64,000 bases of DNA from Desulfosporosinus sp. (GCA_020719775.1 DYPS01000002.1:7837-71836), one strand, 5' to 3'. Counted from the first letter of the stretch, positions 9,537 through 19,596 are shown. Translations and numbers: made by a program. The notes: generated by a model from the sequence alone, not told the origin.

Positions 9537-10675
9537 AAATTATGAATAATGAAAGCTTATTTCAACCAATAATCACAGAAGCCAAACCAACAGCAGTACT
9601 TCCTGATAATGTAGCAAGAATAGCAGTAATTGGAGTTGGTGGGGGTGGATGTAATATGGTTAATCATATGATTCAAGAGGGGATCCATAGGATTGATTTA
9701 ATTGTTTCAAATACAGATTTACAAGCATTAAGAGTTTCTGAAGCTCCTATGAAAATTCAACTTGGAGCAGAACTTACTAAAGGTCTTGGGGCTGGTATGA
9801 AACCAGATATTGGGAGAGATTCCGCTGTTGAAAGTTACGAAAAAATCAAAGAAGCACTAGCAGGATCTGATATTGTATTTATTGCTGCTGGACTTGGTGG
9901 TGGAACAGGGACTGGAGCAGCTGCAATTGTTGCGAAAGCTGCCAAAGAGATAAATGCCCTTACGGTATCTGTTGTAACGAAACCTTTTAAATGGGAAGGA
10001 CAAAGAAGAACAGCATTGGCAAATCTTGGGCTGGAAGAATTAAAAAAATATAGTGATTCAATTATTGTGATTAAAAACGATAGACTTAGAGAGATAAGTA
10101 ATCATGATATTGGAATGAAAGATGCTTTTAGAATGGTTGATAATATCCTTTATCAAGCAGTTAATGGGATGAGTGAGGTTATCTTAAAACCGGGAAGTAG
10201 TGATATTAATGTTGACTTTGCAGATGTAAAAACTATTATGCAACATCGTGGTATGGCACTTATGGGGATAGGAAAAGGAAAAGGTGAAAATGCAGCGAGA
10301 GATGCAATTGAAAATGCTATCAAATCACCACTTTTAGATGAAGTTTCACTTGAAAGTGCAAAAGGGATAATGATACATTGGACTTTTAATAAAAACTTAT
10401 CGCTTTTCGCAGTCACAGAGATCATGGAAAATATTAACGACACAATAGATACAAATGCAGATATCATATTTGGTACAACAACAGATGATAATCTAGCAAC
10501 AGATGAAGTGAAAATCACAATAGTTGCAACTGGATTTGTTGAAGCACAAATACCTAATGAAGGAAATCCAGAAGTACCAACTATTACTCCCCCCCCGAAT
10601 CTATTGGATGATCCAAATTACTACGATGTACCACCATTTATGAGGGGTTATGTGATCAAATATACTGTTAAATGA
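9527..10675 (+). CDS. ftsZ: cell division GTPase FtsZ
   Basis: GVGGGGCN and tubulin signature GLGGGTGTGAA, followed by a linker and the conserved C-terminal peptide DVPPFMR. Confidence 0.97.
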   Translation: MDIKIMNNESLFQPIITEAKPTAVLPDNVARIAVIGVGGGGCNMVNHMIQEGIHRIDLIVSNTDLQALRVSEAPMKIQLGAELTKGLGAGMKPDIGRDSAVESYEKIKEALAGSDIVFIAAGLGGGTGTGAAAIVAKAAKEINALTVSVVTKPFKWEGQRRTALANLGLEELKKYSDSIIVIKNDRLREISNHDIGMKDAFRMVDNILYQAVNGMSEVILKPGSSDINVDFADVKTIMQHRGMALMGIGKGKGENAARDAIENAIKSPLLDEVSLESAKGIMIHWTFNKNLSLFAVTEIMENINDTIDTNADIIFGTTTDDNLATDEVKITIVATGFVEAQIPNEGNPEVPTITPPPNLLDDPNYYDVPPFMRGYVIKYTVK

Positions 10676-11991
10676 TTAAAAATATATTTACCAATAGTGC
10701 CGGTATTTTAGTCTCAAGAATTTTAGGATTTTTGAGGGATATGCTTACAGCAAATATCTTGGGAGCAAATATCTATAGCGATATTTTTTTTATTGCTTTT
10801 AAAATACCAAATCTTTTTCGAACTATTTTTGCCGAGGGGGCTTTTACACAAGCATTTATTCCTGCCTTTTCAAGGAGTAGAAATAAGATTCGCTTTACAA
10901 CGATTATCTTTGCTCAACTTATTTTTATTTTAACAATTCTTTCAATTTTGGTAACTATATTTGCTAAAACAATCTCAACTATTATAGCTTTTGGTTTTGA
11001 TGACCATACAATTGATTTAGCTGCACCTTTGGTTGCTATTAACTTTTATTATCTCCCTTTAATCTTTAGTGTGACTTTTTTGGGTGCACTTCTGCAATAT
11101 AAAAATCACTTTGCAACAACCGCTTATTCAACAGCACTTTTAAATATTGCGATGATTATATCTCTTCTTCTTGCAGAAGGTTTAGCGGCAAGTGAAGTTG
11201 TTTATTATTTGAGTTTTGGAGTTGTTTTTGGAGGAATATTACAATTATTGATTCATATATTTTCACTTAAAAGAAGAAGGTTAACTAAATATTTTGCATT
11301 TAAAAAAGAGATAATGACTACGAAATCAAAATTAACTGAAGGGTTTTATAAAACATTTTTTCCAGCAATACTTGGATCTTCAACAGCAAATATCGCAGCT
11401 TTCATTGATACTATGCTTGCTTCATTTTTAGTTACGGGAAGTATAAGTTATTTGTACTATGCAAATAGAATTTTTCAACTTCCACTTGCTCTTTTTGCTA
11501 TTGCTACCTCTGTTGCTCTCTTTCCTACTATCGCAAAAGCAATAAAGAATAATGATCAAGCTAAAGCTTTAATCTATCTTAGAAAAGCATTTTGGTTTTT
11601 GTTTATTTTATTATCAGGTTCAGCAACCATAGGAATTCTTTTTAACCAAGAAATTATTTGGCTTTTATTTGAACGAGGAGCTTTTACAAGTCATGATACA
11701 AGTCAAACATCTGTTATTTTAGCAATTTACCTTATAGGTCTTGTCCCTTTTGGATTAGCAAAAATATTTTCGTTATGGCTTTATTCAGAACAAAAGCAGA
11801 TAATAACAGCTAAAATATCGGCTAAATCATTGTTGTTTAATATTATTTTTTCTTTAATATTGATTACCCCTTTTGGGGCCAATGGACTTGCTTTCAGCTC
11901 AACAATGACAGGTTTTATCCTCCTTTTTCTAACAATCAAAGAGTTTGGATGGAGATTCTTTTATGATGGGATAATACGAAGAAAAATATAA
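10672..11991 (+). CDS. murJ: lipid II flippase MurJ (MviN)
   Basis: 439-aa polytopic membrane protein. The N-terminal SRILGFLRDMLTANILGA and FRTIFAEGAFTQAFIP motifs are characteristic of MurJ. Confidence 0.9.
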   Translation: MIKNIFTNSAGILVSRILGFLRDMLTANILGANIYSDIFFIAFKIPNLFRTIFAEGAFTQAFIPAFSRSRNKIRFTTIIFAQLIFILTILSILVTIFAKTISTIIAFGFDDHTIDLAAPLVAINFYYLPLIFSVTFLGALLQYKNHFATTAYSTALLNIAMIISLLLAEGLAASEVVYYLSFGVVFGGILQLLIHIFSLKRRRLTKYFAFKKEIMTTKSKLTEGFYKTFFPAILGSSTANIAAFIDTMLASFLVTGSISYLYYANRIFQLPLALFAIATSVALFPTIAKAIKNNDQAKALIYLRKAFWFLFILLSGSATIGILFNQEIIWLLFERGAFTSHDTSQTSVILAIYLIGLVPFGLAKIFSLWLYSEQKQIITAKISAKSLLFNIIFSLILITPFGANGLAFSSTMTGFILLFLTIKEFGWRFFYDGIIRRKI

Positions 11992-12010
11992 TTTTAGAAA
12001 AGGAAGAAAA

Positions 12011-13069
12011 ATGATAGACTATGAAATAATAAAAAGAATAATGTTTAATTTTGAGCCAGAAACAGCTCATACGATTGCAGAATATGGACTTCGTGCATTA
12101 CCATACTGTAGAACCATTAATAATATGATGGTGGATAAAAATTTCGTAAATCACGAGATGCTTAGACAGGAGGTTTTTGGAAAAATATTTCAAAATCCAA
12201 TAGGTCTTGGAGCTGGATTTGATAAAAATGCAACTATGATACAAGCGATGCCAGCTATGGGATTTGGTTATACAGAGATAGGAACTATGACACCATTTGC
12301 TCAAAGTGGAAATGCAAAACCACGACTTTTTCGATATCCTGATTATGAAGCTATCCAAAATGCTATGGGATTTAATAATCTTGGTAGTTATGAAGTTGCA
12401 AAAAATCTTAAAAAAGTCTATCCTTTTTCACTTCCAATTGGAGCAAGTATCGGAAAAAATAAAACAACATCTGAAAAAAATGCTATCAAAGATTATGAAA
12501 CTTTAATAGATACTTTTAAAGATTTATGTGATTATTTAGTTGTCAATATTTCAAGTCCAAATACTCCAAATCTAAGAGACCTTCAAAATGAAGAGTTTAT
12601 TAAGGCTGTATTTACAAAAGCCAAAGAGATTACAGATACCCCTATTTTGCTTAAAATTGCTCCAGATATGGCAAGTGAAACAGCTATAACACTTTGTCAA
12701 ACAGCAATAGAATATGGAGCTGATGGGATTGTTGCTACAAATACAACACAAGATTATTCCCTTCTTCCAAACCCACAAAATTTCGGAGGACTAAGCGGAA
12801 GGGTTTTGAGTGCAAAATCATACGAACTCTTTAAGGAGCTTGGAAGAGAACTCTATGGAAAAACAACTTTAATAAGTGTCGGTGGAATCAGTGATGCACC
12901 TGATGCTTATCGTCGGATTAAAGCTGGAGCAACACTATTACAAATCTATAGTGCTTTTATTTTCCAAGGACCACAAATGTGCAAGCATATCAATGATGGC
13001 TTGGTTGAGTTGCTTAAGGCTGATGGATATAATCATATCAGTGAAGCTATTGGGGCTGATTTTAGATAA
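12011..13069 (+). CDS. pyrD: dihydroorotate dehydrogenase (quinone), class 2
   Basis: GLGAGFDKN, EIGTMTP, NISSPNTPNLR and GGLSG motifs; 352 aa. Confidence 0.93.
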   Translation: MIDYEIIKRIMFNFEPETAHTIAEYGLRALPYCRTINNMMVDKNFVNHEMLRQEVFGKIFQNPIGLGAGFDKNATMIQAMPAMGFGYTEIGTMTPFAQSGNAKPRLFRYPDYEAIQNAMGFNNLGSYEVAKNLKKVYPFSLPIGASIGKNKTTSEKNAIKDYETLIDTFKDLCDYLVVNISSPNTPNLRDLQNEEFIKAVFTKAKEITDTPILLKIAPDMASETAITLCQTAIEYGADGIVATNTTQDYSLLPNPQNFGGLSGRVLSAKSYELFKELGRELYGKTTLISVGGISDAPDAYRRIKAGATLLQIYSAFIFQGPQMCKHINDGLVELLKADGYNHISEAIGADFR

Positions 13070-13100
13070 ATATCTCTATATCATTTGAGGAAAATTGAAG

Positions 13101-14405
13101 ATGAAAAATTTATTATACACAATTATACTACTACAAGGAATTTTAATGGGAAATAGTTTACCAAAATACTATGAAGAGACTTTAGGCAATGGCTTAAAAA
13201 TTGTGGTGATTCCTATGGATAATGGGACAAATGTTATCACTACTGATATATTTTATAATGTTGGAAGTCGTGATGAAGTGATGGGAAAAAGTGGGATAGC
13301 CCATATGTTAGAACATCTCAATTTCAAATCAACAAAAAATCTCCCAGCTGGTGAATTTGATAAGATTGTCAAAGGGTTTGGAGGGCTAAATAATGCCTCT
13401 ACTGGTTTTGATTATACACATTACTACATCAAATCAAGCTCAAAAAATCTTAGTAAATCACTTGAGCTTTATAGTGAACTGATGGAAAATCTTACTTTAA
13501 AAGATGAAGAGTTCCAACCTGAAAGAGATGTTGTGACTGAAGAGAGAAGATGGAGAACAGATAACTCACCTATGGGTTATCTCTATTTCAAACTTTTTAA
13601 TAATACCTATACTTATCATCCATACCATTGGACACCAATTGGTTTTATGGAGGATATTTTAAGCTGGAAAATTGAAGACATTATAGATTTTCACGATAGA
13701 TTTTATGCTCCAAATAATGCAATTATCGTTATTGCTGGAGATATTAAAAAAGATGAAGTATTTAGTGAAGCTAAAAAATACTTTAGTCATATTCAAAATA
13801 AATATCCAAAAAGAATTGATCTCTTGCATACAATTGAGCCAAAACAAGATGGTGAAAAAAGAGTTATTATCAAAAAAGATTCAGAAGTGCAAATGCTTGC
13901 AATTACATTTCATATCCCAAATTATCTAAGTGAAGATCAGATAGCGCTTTCTGCTCTTAGTGAGCTTTTGAGCAATGGAAAAAGTAGTAGATTAAATAAA
14001 TTACTAGTAGATGAAAAAAGATTAGTTAATGCGATCCATTCTTATAATATGGAGCAAAAAGATCCTGGAGTATATTTATTTTTGGCTGTTTGCAATCCAA
14101 ATATAGATGCTTTAGAGGTTGAGAAGATTATATGGGATGAAATTGAAAAAATAAAACAAGGTGATGTCAAAAAAAGTGAAATTGAAAAAGTAAAAATCAA
14201 TACAAAATCAGATTTTGTATTTTCTTTGGAAAGTTCAAGTGATGTAGCAAGTCTTTATGGAAGTTATCTTATTAGAGGTGACATTTCACCACTTATGAAT
14301 TATGAAGAAAATCTTGATAACGTTACATTAAAAGATATTGCAAATGTTGCAAAAAAATATCTTCAAAAAGATAATTCAACAACGCTTATACTTAAAAAAG
14401 ATTAG
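13101..14405 (+). CDS. M16 family (pitrilysin/insulinase-like) zinc peptidase
   Basis: Inverted zinc motif HMLEHLNFK (HxxEH), a downstream E-rich region (EERRWR) and a signal-like N-terminus. ATG 13101 has better SD spacing (GAGGA) than TTG 13095. Confidence 0.85.
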   Translation: MKNLLYTIILLQGILMGNSLPKYYEETLGNGLKIVVIPMDNGTNVITTDIFYNVGSRDEVMGKSGIAHMLEHLNFKSTKNLPAGEFDKIVKGFGGLNNASTGFDYTHYYIKSSSKNLSKSLELYSELMENLTLKDEEFQPERDVVTEERRWRTDNSPMGYLYFKLFNNTYTYHPYHWTPIGFMEDILSWKIEDIIDFHDRFYAPNNAIIVIAGDIKKDEVFSEAKKYFSHIQNKYPKRIDLLHTIEPKQDGEKRVIIKKDSEVQMLAITFHIPNYLSEDQIALSALSELLSNGKSSRLNKLLVDEKRLVNAIHSYNMEQKDPGVYLFLAVCNPNIDALEVEKIIWDEIEKIKQGDVKKSEIEKVKINTKSDFVFSLESSSDVASLYGSYLIRGDISPLMNYEENLDNVTLKDIANVAKKYLQKDNSTTLILKKD

Positions 14406-14559
14406 ATATATGATAACTTTATAACAAGTGTGCACGCTGTGTTTACTATTATGAAGTTTTTTATGTCATATTATTTGTTTAACAAGGAAATTAATAATCT
14501 TATAAAGTATTTGGATGTATCTGTTTTGATTAAAGTATGTAGATTTTTTGAATATGACT

Positions 14560-14634
14560 TGGAGGAGGCACTCGGGGTCGAACCGAGGGTCAAGGATTTG
14601 CAATCCAATGCATTAGCCACTTTGCTATGCCTCC
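14560..14634 (-). tRNA. tRNA-Cys (anticodon GCA), CCA encoded
   Basis: Reverse complement reads GGAGGCA..TTGCAAA..CTCGGTTCGACCCCGAG TGCCTCC T CCA. It has a 7-bp acceptor stem, a T-arm with TTCGA, a GCA anticodon and discriminator U73 (a Cys identity element). The anticodon stem has two U-U mismatches (see findings). Confidence 0.85.
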
Positions 14635-14696
14635 AAAAGGATTGAAATTATATCTTTTAATTCTTAAATTATTATGAAACCTATATTCTATAAAGA

Positions 14697-15575
14697 TTAA
14701 AGTTTTTTAATTCCTGTTTCGTCAAGAGAGATTTTATTTGATTCAATTAACAATGTAAGTGAACTTTTAAAATTCTTCTTGCTCATATTGAAAACATTAG
14801 TGATATCTTCCGCTTCACTTTTATAATTATATGGCAAAAATCCATTATTTTTCGATAATAATTCAAGTATTTTTTCACTTCCAGCATCTTTATTTGCATT
14901 TTTTCCAATTGGCTGAAGAGAAATATCAAGCTTTCCATCTTCTCTGATCGTTTTGATGTATGCTTTTTTTGTATCTCCTGTAAAAAGTTTACAATAGACC
15001 TCATTGCTATAAATCATCCCTTCGTAATTATTATCCACAATCACTTTGAAACCAAGTGGAGTTTTTGAAATAACAAGTACCTTTATCTCTTGATTTTTTT
15101 TGAAATGTTTTGTATCGCTTGATAGAAATGAAGTGATTTTTTCAATTCCAATAAGTCGTTCCGATTTATCATCTTTTACAACTCTGATGATTCTTTTATC
15201 TCCAACATGAAACTTATTCTTTTGTTTATTGTTAGGTACCAAAAGATGTTTTGGCAAACCAATATCGACAAATGCTCCAAAAGGTGCAACATCAACAACT
15301 TTGACAAAAGCAAACTCATTTATTAAAGCTTTTGGATAATCAGTAGTTGCCACTAGCCTATCTTCGCTATCTGTATAGATAAATACCTCTATCTCATCAC
15401 CAACTTGCATATCATCTGTGATATAAGCATTTGGAAGTAACACCTCATAAGCTTCTGTATCGCTTTGTTCACAAATCTCCTCTTTAGTTCTTGATGGAAC
15501 CAAGAAAAAACCGTGGTCAGTATCTCTTTTAATAAGGAGAGTGTTTATCTCACCAAGTATTATTTTTTCATTCAT
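14697..15575 (-). CDS. S1-like RNA-binding domain protein, CvfB/YitL family
   Basis: 292 aa with repeated S1/OB-like modules (GAFVDIGLPKHLLVP, GFKVIVDNNYEGMIY) and a C-terminal winged-helix-like tail. Confidence 0.75.
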   Translation of the reverse strand: MNEKIILGEINTLLIKRDTDHGFFLVPSRTKEEICEQSDTEAYEVLLPNAYITDDMQVGDEIEVFIYTDSEDRLVATTDYPKALINEFAFVKVVDVAPFGAFVDIGLPKHLLVPNNKQKNKFHVGDKRIIRVVKDDKSERLIGIEKITSFLSSDTKHFKKNQEIKVLVISKTPLGFKVIVDNNYEGMIYSNEVYCKLFTGDTKKAYIKTIREDGKLDISLQPIGKNANKDAGSEKILELLSKNNGFLPYNYKSEAEDITNVFNMSKKNFKSSLTLLIESNKISLDETGIKKL

Positions 15576-15595
15576 TATTTTTTCTTTCTTGCTTT

Positions 15596-18259
15596 TTAAC
15601 TTAAAGCTTTTAATTCTTCTTCCACTTTTGCAAATTTCTCATTTGCAAGTGCCAATCCTACCCTATTTTCTTCTAAAACTTTCGCTGGTGCATTTGCAAC
15701 AAATTTTTCATTATTTAACATCCCACTTAGTTTATTGATTTCAAGTTGAAGTTTCTCTTTTTGTTTTGTAAGTTTGTCAATAATAGGCTTCATATCAATC
15801 TCACCCGTTGGGATAAATACCTCTAAATTATCACTTACATCTGTGATTGAGTTCTCAACTTTTGCTGTTACAAACTCGATATTTTCTACTTTTGCTAATT
15901 TTTCGATAAATGGTTTAGCCATATCATTATCAATATTTTTATTGATTTTTAAATACGCTTTTGCGATTTTTGAGTTACCCATATCTATTATAACTTTTGC
16001 TCTTCGTATCGCTGTAATCGCCTCTTCAATAATCGCGAAACTCTCTTCAATCTCTTGATTTTTTGCTATATTTTTTGGGAAATTCATAACCATCAATGAA
16101 TCACCCTCTTCTAAAGCTGTTCCACTTAATTTGTGGTATAAATAATCAGAGATAAACGGCATAAATGGAGAGACCATTTTAAGAGTTTCTTTGAAAATTG
16201 CTCCAAGTTCAGGGATACTCTCTTTTGAAGCTTTACTATATTCGATTCCCCAGTCACAAAATTCATTCCATACAAATTTATATAAAATACTCGCCGATTC
16301 ATTAAATTTGTAAGTTTCAATTGCATTTCTTAACTCATCAACTGCATCACTTAATTTACTTTGCATATAAAGACCAAGTGGCGTTTTTATCTCAATATCT
16401 TTTAAATCAGGGAATGTTTCTACATTTAACTGCAAGAAATTTGATGCATTATAAAGTTTATTTGTAAAGTTTCTAAATTGCTCTAAGTTTTTTGCCCCAA
16501 GTTTAATATCTCTCCCTTGAACACAAAGATATGCTAAAGTAAATCGAATAATATCAGCCGAATGTTCATTTACCATATCAAGTGGGTCGATCACATTTCC
16601 TTTTGATTTTGACATTTTATGCCCATGCTCATCACGAACCAAAGCATGCATATAGATATCTTCAAATGGTAACTCTTTTTTGAAATGTTCACCCATCATC
16701 ATCATTCTTGCTACCCAAAAAAACATAATATCAAAACCAGTGATAAGGAGTGAATTTGGATAAAAATCTTCTTCATCAGTTGAGTTATATAACTCTTCTA
16801 ATTTCCCATTATTTCCCCAACCAAGTGGTGACATAGCCCAAAGTGCAGAAGAGAACCAAGTATCAAGTACATCTGGGTCTTGTGTCATTTTTTTACTAGC
16901 ACATTTTGGACAAGCTTCTGGTTCATCTTCTCTGTCTGCCCATTGATGTCCACAATCCTCACAAGTAAATACAGGAATCCTATGTCCCCACCAAAGTTGT
17001 CTTGAGATACACCAAGGTCTTAACTCATCCATCCAAGCAGTATAAGAATTTATCCAATGCGCCGGATGAAAAAGTGTTCCATTATGTTCACCAGTTTGTG
17101 CTCTTTCTTTTGTAGTCTCTTTCGTTTTTCGAATAGACTCTTGAGCCATTTCAGAGCTTAAAAACCATTGTTTTGAGATAAATGGTTCAACGATATTTTT
17201 ACATCTGTAGCAATGCCCTACTTGATGGATATGTTCTTCAATTTTTACAATATACCCAGCATCTTCCAAAGCTTTTACAATAATTGGTCGAGCTTCAAGT
17301 CTCTCTAATCCAGCGAAGTTACCACAGTATTCATTTAAGATACCTTGCTCATCAAATACTTTGATAAACTCTAACCCATGTCTTTTCCCAACTTCGTAGT
17401 CATTTTGATCGTGAGCTGGTGTAACTTTAACTACTCCTGTTCCAAATTCCATATCCACATGAGAATCTGTAATAACTTTGATTTTTCTCTCCGTCAAAGG
17501 TAATAATACTTCTTTCCCAACGATTGATGTATATCTGCTATCTTCAGGATGAACCATAATTGCACTATCCCCAAAATATGTTTCAGGTCTTGTAGTTGCC
17601 ACTTGAAGCTCACCACTTCCATCTGCAAATTTGTAAATCATATGGTAAAACTTCCCATTTACCTCTTCGTGTTCAACTTCGATGTCTGATAATGCACCAT
17701 CGTGTGTACACCAATTTACCATATAGTTGTTTTGAGTGATATGACCTTCGTTATATAAAGAGACAAAAGCCTCTTTCACAGCCTCTTTTAACCCCTCATC
17801 CATAGTAAATCTTTCTCTTTTCCAAGCAGGAGTAACTCCTAATTTTCTCATTTGATGAACGATATTTCCACCACTAGTTTCTTTTTGTTTCCAAGCTCTT
17901 TCTAAAAATTTCTCTCGCCCAATCTCTTCTTTGGTTGTACCTTCAGCTAAAAGTTGTTTTTCAACAACATTTTGAGTTGCGATTCCTGCATGGTCAGTCC
18001 CTGGTTGCCAAAGAGTTTTAAAACCATCCATTCTTTTGTATCTTGTAATAATATCTTGCAATGTAAATGTTAAAGCATGTCCGATATGTAAACTTCCAGT
18101 TACATTTGGTGGTGGCATCATGATTGAAAATGTTTTTTGTTTTCCGTTTGCATCTGTTTCTTGAATAGATTTATTCCCATCTATTTCAAAATAACCTCTG
18201 TTTTCCCAAATCTTATAATATTTATCTTCTATCTCGTTTGAATTGTAACTGTTGTTCAT
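15596..18259 (-). CDS. valS: valine--tRNA ligase
   Basis: 887 aa. HIGH-type motif PPNVTGSLHIGHA, KMSKSKGN, a CP1 editing domain and a C-terminal coiled coil. Confidence 0.97.
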   Translation of the reverse strand: MNNSYNSNEIEDKYYKIWENRGYFEIDGNKSIQETDANGKQKTFSIMMPPPNVTGSLHIGHALTFTLQDIITRYKRMDGFKTLWQPGTDHAGIATQNVVEKQLLAEGTTKEEIGREKFLERAWKQKETSGGNIVHQMRKLGVTPAWKRERFTMDEGLKEAVKEAFVSLYNEGHITQNNYMVNWCTHDGALSDIEVEHEEVNGKFYHMIYKFADGSGELQVATTRPETYFGDSAIMVHPEDSRYTSIVGKEVLLPLTERKIKVITDSHVDMEFGTGVVKVTPAHDQNDYEVGKRHGLEFIKVFDEQGILNEYCGNFAGLERLEARPIIVKALEDAGYIVKIEEHIHQVGHCYRCKNIVEPFISKQWFLSSEMAQESIRKTKETTKERAQTGEHNGTLFHPAHWINSYTAWMDELRPWCISRQLWWGHRIPVFTCEDCGHQWADREDEPEACPKCASKKMTQDPDVLDTWFSSALWAMSPLGWGNNGKLEELYNSTDEEDFYPNSLLITGFDIMFFWVARMMMMGEHFKKELPFEDIYMHALVRDEHGHKMSKSKGNVIDPLDMVNEHSADIIRFTLAYLCVQGRDIKLGAKNLEQFRNFTNKLYNASNFLQLNVETFPDLKDIEIKTPLGLYMQSKLSDAVDELRNAIETYKFNESASILYKFVWNEFCDWGIEYSKASKESIPELGAIFKETLKMVSPFMPFISDYLYHKLSGTALEEGDSLMVMNFPKNIAKNQEIEESFAIIEEAITAIRRAKVIIDMGNSKIAKAYLKINKNIDNDMAKPFIEKLAKVENIEFVTAKVENSITDVSDNLEVFIPTGEIDMKPIIDKLTKQKEKLQLEINKLSGMLNNEKFVANAPAKVLEENRVGLALANEKFAKVEEELKALS

Positions 18260-18331
18260 TTTCTCTTTTCCTATGATTTTATATTAGGGAAACCCTATAA
18301 TTTTAAAGTTTTTATTTTAGCTAAAAGCCAA

Positions 18332-19042
18332 TTAAAGAATGATACTACTCAATATTCCTATAGCTCCACCAAATACGCCACCCCAAACAACAAGCCATCC
18401 GAGATGCTCTTTCATCATATTTTCAACTATATCTTTGACCATTTTAGGGTTAAGTTCATTTAATCTTTCAACGATAACTTTATCTATTTTTTGCTCCATA
18501 TCTTCACTAATATCACTTTTTTCTAAAGTTTTAAAAAGTGTTTGTTGAAAATTTTCTGTATGAACTATCTCGTTTATAGCTTTTTTCATCTTTTCTTCAA
18601 ATGGATTTTTAAGTGGTTCAAGGATCTTAGCCCCACCAAGCATTCCAAGCATTCCGCCAAAACTAGATTCCATAACGGCACTTTTAAGACTTTCAAATGC
18701 GATACTAAAATCGGTACTTTCAATTAAAGCACTAAAATCAAAATGTTTATTTTTATCTGAAAATTCATTTTTTAAAAACTTATCAAGATTCTCTTTTGTA
18801 AAAAACTGTTCCATAATCAGTTTATGAATTGAAATTTTAAACTCCTCAAATCTTGCCTCCACAACACCACTTCCATATAAAAATGGTACTTTATGAAAAA
18901 GCATATGGATAGCTAAATGGTTTGTTATCGCTCCACTAAATGCAAAAAGCCCTCCAATCATCAAAAGTTTATTTCCAATAACTGCCCCTATTATTGTAAT
19001 GATAATTGACACTAGGTTTGTAACATTTGTTTTATTCACCAA
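18332..19042 (-). CDS. DUF445-like membrane protein
   Basis: 236 aa with TM helices at the N- and C-termini around a helical soluble core. The HLAIHMLFHKVPF motif resembles DUF445 proteins. Confidence 0.45.
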   Translation of the reverse strand: MVNKTNVTNLVSIIITIIGAVIGNKLLMIGGLFAFSGAITNHLAIHMLFHKVPFLYGSGVVEARFEEFKISIHKLIMEQFFTKENLDKFLKNEFSDKNKHFDFSALIESTDFSIAFESLKSAVMESSFGGMLGMLGGAKILEPLKNPFEEKMKKAINEIVHTENFQQTLFKTLEKSDISEDMEQKIDKVIVERLNELNPKMVKDIVENMMKEHLGWLVVWGGVFGGAIGILSSIIL

Positions 19043-19098
19043 TTGCTCCTTAAGTAAAAAAATTTTCGTATTTTAGCTTATTTAGTATAAGCTTTCAT

Positions 19099-19530
19099 AT
19101 GTTTAAAATATTTTTTATCACCTTATTTTGTTTTCAAACATTATTATTTTCACTTGAAGTTATAGGCAATTTTGAAACTATCTCCCTTGAAGAGTTTAAT
19201 GTCTCCCATCTTCAAGCAAAGATAGATACAGGGGCAGTTTATTCATCTTTACATTGTTCAAATATAAAAAAAATAGATGATGAGACGGTTGAATTTTCTA
19301 TTTTTGATTTGAATAAAACTATAAAAAAGAAGATAGAAAAAACAGTGATGATCAAAAGTAGTAATGGTCTGCAAGAACAACGATTTATAATATCTACAAT
19401 GATTATTTTGAATCAACAAACTTATCCTATTTTATTCACTTTAGCCAATAGAGAAACAATGAATTATAAAGTATTGATTGGAACTAATTTTTTGAAAAAT
19501 AGATTTTTAATCGATGTTAGTAAGAAATAA
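19099..19530 (+). CDS. retropepsin-like aspartic peptidase domain protein (PF05618, putative ATP-dependent zinc protease / RimB family) with N-terminal signal peptide
   Basis: 143 aa. AKIDTGAVYSSLHC (DTGA active-site motif) and KVLIGTNFL...FLIDV. Hydrophobic N-terminus MFKIFFITLFCFQTLLFS. It is a paralog of 54223..54654. Confidence 0.6.
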   Translation: MFKIFFITLFCFQTLLFSLEVIGNFETISLEEFNVSHLQAKIDTGAVYSSLHCSNIKKIDDETVEFSIFDLNKTIKKKIEKTVMIKSSNGLQEQRFIISTMIILNQQTYPILFTLANRETMNYKVLIGTNFLKNRFLIDVSKK

Positions 19531-19596
19531 AAAGCAGAACCATCATACTGTCGTGACAATTAGTTAGCAGTATTAATTAATATTCTAGATTTTAAA

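Noticed and set aside
14430-14645. 71-aa plus-strand ORF downstream of the M16 peptidase gene.
   Set aside because: Its 3' third is the reverse complement of tRNA-Cys and the rest is AT-rich intergenic DNA with no RBS. It is spurious.
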